Below, piece after piece: positions 51,556-58,145 of a stretch of DNA of 64,000 nt (the first letter of the stretch is position 1; each line of letters opens with the position of its first letter). This DNA is from a virus. Taxonomy: Duplodnaviria; Caudoviricetes. The translations under genes and the position numbers were made by a program. The notes under the pieces are model-generated. The model did not search any database. It worked only from the letters and a program-made list of their open reading frames with translations, and was not told the DNA's origin. The DNA lies in IMG/VR virus record IMGVR_UViG_3300001525_000584, positions 153,630 through 217,629 of that record, one strand, 5' to 3'.

Positions 51556-51598
51556 TATAATAACCGTGGGCTACACTCTTAAATCCGTACAAACATCA

Positions 51599-53200
51599 TT
51601 AAACATCCTTCTGATTAAAATCATAGAAGATTTTATGTGTTTGAATTTGTGCTCGTAAATTTGCTTCAGGATGCTCCTGAATAAACTCAGGTATTCTATG
51701 CATAGTTACATTATTAAAACAAGGACTTATATAAATAGGGGCTCTACTCTTTAATGTTATTAATCGCTCTAATTCAGCCCAGTCTCGAGGATCATCAGTC
51801 ATAACTACTTTAATAAGGTCAGAGCCTGATAAAATCTTTAAATTACTCTCCAGCATTTTTGAAGTCATATTACTTGCGGGCATTTTCCAATCCATTGCTA
51901 AATAAACGCCGCAGCGATGTCCTGTGATATCCTGATTATATGCATCTCCGAAGGCTTCTTTATAAGGTTCATAGTCTATAGTGCCGTTTGTCTCTATATC
52001 TACACTATATAAAGCCTTTACGAATAGAGGTATTAATTCTTTAATCATAAAAGTTTCATTTTCAGGCATTAGAGGTTCCCCGCCGGTTAGACATATGGAT
52101 TTTTGAGGCCAGTCTTTTTCTATAGATTCAACTTCATTAAAAATCTCCGCCGCAGTATACCACTTAACGGCATTTTCCAAAGTACCTCGCTCTGGATATA
52201 ACTGTAGAAGTTTCTCGAGTGTCCAACTTTCACGGGTATCACAATTATGTACTAAAATATTACTGCCTACGAGGCTGCTTTTTACATAATAGCTATGTGC
52301 ATCTGTTTCTATATTTATAACAGTGCTACCAAATCTTTTATTTGTTCTACGACGATGATTAGCAGTCACTTCAATTAACGTCTCATCATGCCTCTTACTA
52401 AAATTATTACCTCGTGCGTGCAGCTGATCATGAAGCTTCTTTGGGATCACCACTAAGTTATTTAAATCATCGTTATGGGGGTTTTTATCTATATGGTGCA
52501 CCACCAAATTTTTAGTTCCCCAAACCTCCGCAAAGGGATAATTCGTATGATCCATCTCTTGCAGACCATTTTTAGCATATGTAAAGTTCCGCGCGTCAAA
52601 GGCTTCTTTATACATGCCGTTTTTGGAATTAAAGTTATTACGATCCTGATGATTATTTACATATGTATCAACGGCAGCTTTAGTATAGTTTACCAGTTCA
52701 TCTCTATAGAGTTTCTCGACTAGATATCTTACTAATGTTGCATTAGTGGTTCTCTTTACATAATCACCTATGTTTATATCTTTGATGGCTTGCCAGCCCT
52801 TTGCTGTATAAAAAGGATGCTCACTAGTTACATTAAAATTATCTCGCAAAGTTTTGCCCAGAGATACTTTACGTATACTTGGAGGATCTACATCTCTTTT
52901 TAGAACATTCGTTACAGTAGTTACGTAGGGTTCATTATTTTCCGGGTTCAACGTCATGATTCGATCACCCACCCTGACATCAGACATGTTAAGAAGTTGC
53001 CCGTATGCATCCACCACATAAGGATAATGACCACTTTGATCAGGAGCAAAACACCACGGGCAGCGAGCATTACAGTACATAGTACGTACAAAAACGGTCT
53101 TAAAATTTTGTTCAGGGCCTTCACCTTGCACGGCTCTGAAAATATTAATCAGAGCAATTTCATGAGCCTGTTTTTCAACATTATACCGAATCATTCTCAA
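51599..53200 (-). CDS. queE: 7-carboxy-7-deazaguanine synthase, intein-containing
   Basis: IFRAVQGEG, FVR, CNARCPW|C, LTGGEP, IETNG, QTHK. Confidence 0.9.
   Translation of the reverse strand: MRMIRYNVEKQAHEIALINIFRAVQGEGPEQNFKTVFVRTMYCNARCPWCFAPDQSGHYPYVVDAYGQLLNMSDVRVGDRIMTLNPENNEPYVTTVTNVLKRDVDPPSIRKVSLGKTLRDNFNVTSEHPFYTAKGWQAIKDINIGDYVKRTTNATLVRYLVEKLYRDELVNYTKAAVDTYVNNHQDRNNFNSKNGMYKEAFDARNFTYAKNGLQEMDHTNYPFAEVWGTKNLVVHHIDKNPHNDDLNNLVVIPKKLHDQLHARGNNFSKRHDETLIEVTANHRRRTNKRFGSTVINIETDAHSYYVKSSLVGSNILVHNCDTRESWTLEKLLQLYPERGTLENAVKWYTAAEIFNEVESIEKDWPQKSICLTGGEPLMPENETFMIKELIPLFVKALYSVDIETNGTIDYEPYKEAFGDAYNQDITGHRCGVYLAMDWKMPASNMTSKMLESNLKILSGSDLIKVVMTDDPRDWAELERLITLKSRAPIYISPCFNNVTMHRIPEFIQEHPEANLRAQIQTHKIFYDFNQKDV
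52244..53053 (-). mobile_element. 270-aa intein with HNH endonuclease in QueE
   Basis: Starts CFAP; block B VTSEHPF; HHIDKN..N..NNL....H...H; ends ILVHN/C. Confidence 0.88.
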
Positions 53201-53697
53201 TTCTCCTCATAAGTAACACTATTATTAGAAGTTTCTTCTACAGTAACAGACATCTTTTCAACTGTCAAACCTTCATCACAAAATTTTTCCTTAAAGACAT
53301 GATACCAAATAAATGCCATATATTCAGCTGTAGGAGCTTCAGGCCAGATAAACACTCTAGAATCTTTTATATCAACGTTCCTATCTTTAAAACCTTTGAT
53401 ATAAAAATCAATAAGTTCATCCCCTTCTTTTAGGATAAGAGAATGATCATAAGGATCTAAGACTTCGTGAATGATTTTCTTTACTTTTTTAAAGTCCATA
53501 ACCATATAATCACCATCCGTGTTATTAGCTGAAACTTTAATAGTGATATTATAATTATGTCCATGAACACAACCAAAAGTATCTGCAGGATACATAACAG
53601 TACCGTTTTGAGATACGTTACCCACACAGAGCCCAGAATAGGCACTGGGCAGTCTGTGTGCGATGGGGAGCTCTATATGTGTGCTTAATGTAAACAT
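53197..53697 (-). CDS. queD: 6-carboxytetrahydropterin synthase
   Basis: AHRL, C, HGHNY, VMDF, DH, PTAE, VEET motifs. Confidence 0.9.
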   Translation of the reverse strand: MFTLSTHIELPIAHRLPSAYSGLCVGNVSQNGTVMYPADTFGCVHGHNYNITIKVSANNTDGDYMVMDFKKVKKIIHEVLDPYDHSLILKEGDELIDFYIKGFKDRNVDIKDSRVFIWPEAPTAEYMAFIWYHVFKEKFCDEGLTVEKMSVTVEETSNNSVTYEEN

Positions 53698-53715
53698 ATT
53701 AAACCCCTTTTCCTA

Positions 53716-54534
53716 TTAATCCAAATACTTCTGATAATAAGGATTTTGAATAAATTTTGTATAGAGCTCGTTATTAGTTTCTCTAAGGACTTCGAGAGCT
53801 TTTTTAGTTGCCGCAGCTACGTCGAGGCAAGTTGCGCAGTTTAAGCACTCCTCTGCTTCACCATTTTCATCGATAATAGGATCATAGCAACTGAAACACA
53901 TCTCATAAGGTACAGGCTTTTTCAGTTCCATACCACATTTAATAAGTTCCCATTTATGATTCTTTACAAAGGGTGCTTCATAATGTACATGTCCAACGGA
54001 GCTGATTCTTACGACTTCTTCGAAGGCTTTAGTGAATAGGGGCGAGCAATCGGGGTAACACGATTTGGTTTCATCCTGATGTTCCACACCATTTTCATCT
54101 ACATAATAGCACGAATCATCTGCGTGCTGACCGAGCATAATAGTTACATCATCATTAAACTGCTGCGAAATGCTTTCTGCACGAGCTGCTACATATGCAG
54201 AGAAAAGACCATTTCTAAAAGGTACATAGGTATCAACTTTGCCTTCTTTTTCGGCAAGAATTTCAGCATAGGTTTTTCCCTTCTGAATTTCTTTAGTAGA
54301 GCCCTTCAACATAGTACATGTAGAACCCTTAAAGATGGCTGGATCAATAGTAACAATCTGATAAGGAACACCATAATAGTCTGCAATCTTCTGGGCACTT
54401 TTCAGTTCCTGTGGATGAGTACTGCCATACTCAAAACCCATAGCATAAACATTTTCAGCGCCATAACGATCAACAGCCAGACCTAGACATGTTGCACTAT
54501 CTCTGCCACCACTTAAACTAACGATACACTTCAT
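53716..54534 (-). CDS. queC: 7-cyano-7-deazaguanine synthase
   Basis: SGGRDS, YVPFRN, YPDC, SCY...C..C..C motifs. Confidence 0.93.
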   Translation of the reverse strand: MKCIVSLSGGRDSATCLGLAVDRYGAENVYAMGFEYGSTHPQELKSAQKIADYYGVPYQIVTIDPAIFKGSTCTMLKGSTKEIQKGKTYAEILAEKEGKVDTYVPFRNGLFSAYVAARAESISQQFNDDVTIMLGQHADDSCYYVDENGVEHQDETKSCYPDCSPLFTKAFEEVVRISSVGHVHYEAPFVKNHKWELIKCGMELKKPVPYEMCFSCYDPIIDENGEAEECLNCATCLDVAAATKKALEVLRETNNELYTKFIQNPYYQKYLD

Positions 54535-54597
54535 TTTAAAATTCTCCTTTTATAGTTTGCTTATTTATAGTCGCGATTAATAAGGACACACGACTCA
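54535..54597 (-). ncRNA. candidate pseudoknot riboswitch leader, copy A (queC)
   Basis: AGUCGUG-UGUCCUUAUUAAU-CGCGACU, tail AAAUAAGCAAACUA, SD AAGGAG. Confidence 0.6.
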
Positions 54598-54605
54598 TAA
54601 TTATA

Positions 54606-54613
54606 TATACAAT
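54606..54613 (-). promoter_or_regulatory. ATTGTATA motif, putative early/middle promoter
   Basis: Recurrent intergenic motif; 10 nt upstream of the leader stem. Confidence 0.55.
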
Positions 54614-54616
54614 AGA

Positions 54617-54865
54617 TCATTTTAATTTTTTATGATCCCTGTATTCTTTAATTAACCAAAATATATTTAATAGTAGCCCGCAGACATTTGTAACCCCTGT
54701 TGCATAAGCATTGGTGCATACAAATCCATATATAATGAAAAGTAAACTGCCTAAAGCATTAATCGTTCTCATTAACATGGTACCTTTATATGTGGTGGTT
54801 TTGAATGTCATAGAGGCTACTATAAATATAGAGGATAATATACCTATTATCTCTTTAATAGGCAT
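54617..54865 (-). CDS. small membrane protein (YgjV-like, 3 TM)
   Basis: IIGILSSIFIVASM...MRTINALGSLLFIIYG. Confidence 0.6.
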   Translation of the reverse strand: MPIKEIIGILSSIFIVASMTFKTTTYKGTMLMRTINALGSLLFIIYGFVCTNAYATGVTNVCGLLLNIFWLIKEYRDHKKLK

Positions 54866-55408
54866 TTAAGGTTCCTTCACATTAAGAATCTTTTTCATAG
54901 CCTTCAGCCGTTCATCTACAGTACCTGTTAATCTGACTACTGTGATGCTAAAGTCTTTGATAAGTTCTTCGAAAATCTGTACGATCTCATCTCTGAATTT
55001 ATCGTCTGTACTACGTGTACCATCCGGGATAATATCGAATTCGGGTGACAAATAAAAGATAACATCATACTTCATAATATAATCCAAGAAATTTTTATAA
55101 ACGATATGATACGTGTTTCTCGAGATCTTATGATGTCTCCACATCCAAATAGTATAAGCCATGCAGTCCAAAACACAACGATCCACTAAAACATCGCCTT
55201 TAAGCTCTGCATTAGTCATGTGTTCCTGAAGAATAGCTCTTTGTGTTTCATCTGTACCTGCTTCATTAATCTTAAAGCCTTTTTTCTGTAGCGTTCTTAC
55301 GATCTCATCTACAAAGGTAAATTTACCGCAAAAAGTTTTATCATTTTTAAGAGCATTAAGCAAAGTAGTTTTTCCTGTGCACTGAGCCCCTGATAAAGCA
55401 ACAAGCAT
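54866..55408 (-). CDS. P-loop nucleotide kinase (NadR/AAA_28-like)
   Basis: GAQCTGKTT, DRCVLD, YDVIFY, DGTR. Confidence 0.78.
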   Translation of the reverse strand: MLVALSGAQCTGKTTLLNALKNDKTFCGKFTFVDEIVRTLQKKGFKINEAGTDETQRAILQEHMTNAELKGDVLVDRCVLDCMAYTIWMWRHHKISRNTYHIVYKNFLDYIMKYDVIFYLSPEFDIIPDGTRSTDDKFRDEIVQIFEELIKDFSITVVRLTGTVDERLKAMKKILNVKEP

Positions 55409-55466
55409 AAATTCTATAAACCTCTTTTCTCAAACATTTTTACATTTATGATATACAATTTCACAT

Positions 55467-55474
55467 GCTAAATT
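55467..55474 (+). promoter_or_regulatory. GCTAAATT promoter, back-to-back with - strand ATTGTATA at 55452-55459
   Basis: Recurrent motifs at a divergent junction. Confidence 0.6.
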
Positions 55475-55536
55475 AAACATAAATAAAGGGTGCTATAAAA
55501 GATTTACATTAAAAAAATTATTAAGGAGTTTTATAT

Positions 55537-55854
55537 ATGAGTAAAGGTCTTACTTTACAAGAGGCTCTTCAAGAGCTTAGAGTCACTAAAAAAGTTGATA
55601 AAAAAGCTCTTAAAGAAGATTTAAATGTTGCAGAGACTGATAATATGGAGGAAACCATCACTGAGCTTCTATTAGATAATGGTGATCGTGTTTCTGTTAA
55701 TCCCTGCGCACTTTTTGCAAACATGATCGCTAATAACTATGAGCGCATGAGCGCAGATGTAAACGAGCTCGAGGCAGTTGTTAACAGATATCTTGAAGCT
55801 GAGGGCACAGATCTTCGGGTTGTTTTCATGCCTGCTAGCGAATATGAAGACTAA
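55537..55854 (+). CDS. hypothetical acidic protein (lone + strand gene)
   Basis: AAGGAG SD, own promoter motif and terminator. Confidence 0.7.
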   Translation: MSKGLTLQEALQELRVTKKVDKKALKEDLNVAETDNMEETITELLLDNGDRVSVNPCALFANMIANNYERMSADVNELEAVVNRYLEAEGTDLRVVFMPASEYED

Positions 55855-55866
55855 TTAAAGTACAAT

Positions 55867-55901
55867 TAAAAGGACCTTAAAAATTAAGGTCCTTTATTTT
55901 T
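55867..55901. terminator. bidirectional terminator
   Basis: AAAGGACCTTAA...TTAAGGTCCTTT. Confidence 0.75.
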
Positions 55902-56915
55902 TTACCCATTTAAAGCTTCTAATTCTTCTTCTGTCATCTCTTCTATATTATCATCTTCATAAGCTTCAGGAGGTAAAATATCAGAAGCATCACCCAGATT
56001 TTTAATTATATCATAAATCTCTGATTCAAGCATCTCAGCATGTCCCTGCACCAATTTTTCATAAGCTTCTCTATTAGATAAGCCTTTGCCCACGCACTTT
56101 TTATATTCTTCTTCGAGGGCATTTTGCTGCTCGTCTTCGTACCATCTTTTAACTACGTACGCGTCGCAGGACATGGGACAATTTATATACTTCGCTGCTG
56201 TATCGATCATAATTCGGGGTAAAATCTCTGCAACAGCTTCTGCATTTTCTTCAGGGCACTGACCTATTAATTCATCATGTACTGTGATAAGCAACTCAAA
56301 GCCTAATTTATTTAACTCGGGATCATTATCAACATTTACCATAGCCATTTTAGTTAAAGTAGAAGAACCGCCCTGAATAATAGCATTCACTGACTGCCGC
56401 TCTGCCTGAGCTATAAAACCGCCATTATTATGAATTTCGATGCCTTCTTTTGCAGCCTCCATTTTAATTTTGTCAACTGCTTTTAAAGATTTACTCTCTT
56501 CTAATAGTTGCCTATATTTATTTAAGAGCTTATTTGAATTTTCATCTATTCTATCTGAACATCCTATAAAAGGATTAAAAGCCCCAGAACCCTGGTTAGG
56601 ATCTTTAAAATTTAATTCAAAACGAGGTAACTGAATGTCCGGTAAACGTCTTCTTCTGCCATACCAGTCTTCTACATATCCTGTGTTATGAGCTTTTTCA
56701 TGAGTGTCATCGATCCACTTTTTAACTACAGGATAAGCTTTAAAGAAACGATCTACGATGTCCTGAGCTTCAGCGACTGTTTTCTTTGTTTGTTCGGCAA
56801 TAGATGCCACGCCACGACCATAGAGCAAGCCGATCAAAACGGCCTTGGCTGATTGCCTTCTTGCTTTACCCTCTTTATTTAAAAGTTGTGGGGGCGATTT
56901 AATAGTAAATTGCAT
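55902..56915 (-). CDS. polA: DNA polymerase A, C-terminal fragment
   Basis: Motif B RQSAKAVLIGLLYG, AERQSVNAIIQG, motif C VHDE. Confidence 0.92.
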   Translation of the reverse strand: MQFTIKSPPQLLNKEGKARRQSAKAVLIGLLYGRGVASIAEQTKKTVAEAQDIVDRFFKAYPVVKKWIDDTHEKAHNTGYVEDWYGRRRRLPDIQLPRFELNFKDPNQGSGAFNPFIGCSDRIDENSNKLLNKYRQLLEESKSLKAVDKIKMEAAKEGIEIHNNGGFIAQAERQSVNAIIQGGSSTLTKMAMVNVDNDPELNKLGFELLITVHDELIGQCPEENAEAVAEILPRIMIDTAAKYINCPMSCDAYVVKRWYEDEQQNALEEEYKKCVGKGLSNREAYEKLVQGHAEMLESEIYDIIKNLGDASDILPPEAYEDDNIEEMTEEELEALNG

Positions 56916-57945
56916 TTTCCTTCCTACTTTTCAAATATTTACTTAACAATCTATTAAAATAACGTGGACTTAAATCATAATGTATGCAGGCTGCCTCTAA
57001 CCCATGGGCGGAATAATACAGATAAAGAGGAGTAAAATCCTGGTTTGCAATATTCCTGACTTTGCGTACATTATAACGTCGGGCGAGTTCTTCGACGCGC
57101 GTTTGACTAATGTTAAAATATATCGTCGTCTCACCTATGGTATGTCCTTTATAATACGCTATAAAGATTTCTGGAGCTATATCTGAGGAGTTATAATCAC
57201 CGCGTTTGGCATGCCTGTATTTATTTTTATACAATTTGTGTTTTTTTACATAATTCCGCACATAGGAGCCGCTGACATCAAAATGCTCTGCCGTTTCTTT
57301 TATGGTATGCCGCTGCACTAGATAATAATCAGTAAAAGCACTTAAGGACATTTCCACGCTTGCATTTAGATGTCTTCTTATATTTTTAAAGCATTTAAAT
57401 TTATGAGCAAAATTCCTTACGCAGCTTTTTGATATATAAAAGTGCCTTGCCGTCTCGGTATTGCTATGCGTCGAATAATATCCTATAAAAGTCTCTGCGT
57501 CTAAGGTTAATTGCAGGTTGTCATAATATGTTGTAAGTTGTTCAAAAGTTTCTCGGCACAAATCGGAAATTTTATAATGAGAAGTATCTGCTTTTTTACA
57601 GATATTCAGCATGCATTGCACAGCCCTTTGCATAGATTTTCTAAAAGGTCCTTGAGCACATTTATAAAGATAATAATGCGCGCATACATGATCCCCATAA
57701 GTCAAATTTATCAAATGCTCCCGGGCTTCAGGTTCCTGTAAGAGCCTAGACAGACTTCTCGGAATTATGTGATGACATTCCACATACCCTGGATGATTAT
57801 AGCCAGATGCTTCTTTTAATAAATTTAAATAATCCTGCAGTGCTTCGTTATCTGCTATATACTGCGTATTTAGCAATATTTTTTTAATATTTTCAAGATA
57901 GCTTTGTGTGTATTCATGATTAGTTATTTTTGGATTGGTGGGCAT
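56899..57945 (-). CDS. HNH homing endonuclease with repeated HTH-like units
   Basis: ECHHIIPRS...INL...DHVCAH; repeated YY..H...ET..HF.IS units. Confidence 0.75.
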   Translation of the reverse strand: MPTNPKITNHEYTQSYLENIKKILLNTQYIADNEALQDYLNLLKEASGYNHPGYVECHHIIPRSLSRLLQEPEAREHLINLTYGDHVCAHYYLYKCAQGPFRKSMQRAVQCMLNICKKADTSHYKISDLCRETFEQLTTYYDNLQLTLDAETFIGYYSTHSNTETARHFYISKSCVRNFAHKFKCFKNIRRHLNASVEMSLSAFTDYYLVQRHTIKETAEHFDVSGSYVRNYVKKHKLYKNKYRHAKRGDYNSSDIAPEIFIAYYKGHTIGETTIYFNISQTRVEELARRYNVRKVRNIANQDFTPLYLYYSAHGLEAACIHYDLSPRYFNRLLSKYLKSRKENAIYY

Positions 57946-58084
57946 TAAAATAGTTGTTTAATATTTGCCTAACTACCTCAGATACGCTTAAATCACTTTT
58001 GAAAGCTTCTTCTCGAAGTTGCCTACGTAAATTTATCGAAATCTCTAAGGTCAAGATACATTTTTTTATTTTATCTTTTTGCAA
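57920..58084 (-). CDS. ribbon-helix-helix (CopG/Arc-like) protein, 54 aa, missing from ORF track
   Basis: GAAGGGAG SD plus TTG; MQKDKIKKCILTLEISINLRRQLREEAFKSDLSVSEVVRQILNNYFNAHQSKNN. Confidence 0.75.
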   Translation of the reverse strand: MQKDKIKKCILTLEISINLRRQLREEAFKSDLSVSEVVRQILNNYFNAHQSKNN

Positions 58085-58103
58085 TATATTACTCCCTTCA
58101 TTT

Positions 58104-58111
58104 AATTTAGC
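58104..58111 (-). promoter_or_regulatory. GCTAAATT promoter inside polA cassette
   Basis: 19 nt upstream of RHH start. Confidence 0.65.
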
Positions 58112-58121
58112 ATTAAATAAG

Positions 58122-58145
58122 TTATTAAATTATTAAATTATTAAA
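58122..58145. repeat. 3x perfect 8-bp tandem repeat TTATTAAA, candidate RHH operator
   Basis: Read directly; spans polA-N stop, next to promoter. Confidence 0.5.

Larger units (their letters stand above)
56899..58145 (-). mobile_element. gene-splitting cassette in polA: repeats, promoter, RHH, HNH
   Basis: Same gene order as the nrdD cassette. Confidence 0.75.

Noticed and set aside
54535-54597. Calling the que leaders canonical preQ1-I or SAM-II riboswitches, or simple terminators
   Set aside because: Topology and A-rich tail are similar, but loop sequences do not match the consensus I know, and there is no U tract on the coding strand; kept as a novel candidate.
57954-58136. 60-aa + strand ORF listed in the track
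   Set aside because: Antisense shadow of the - strand RHH gene (57920-58084), which has an SD and promoter motif.
56916-58140. Group I/II intron interrupting polA
   Set aside because: The interval is almost fully coding (RHH + HNH) with about 55 nt of AT-rich spacer, leaving no room for a ribozyme core; the C-half has its own start.
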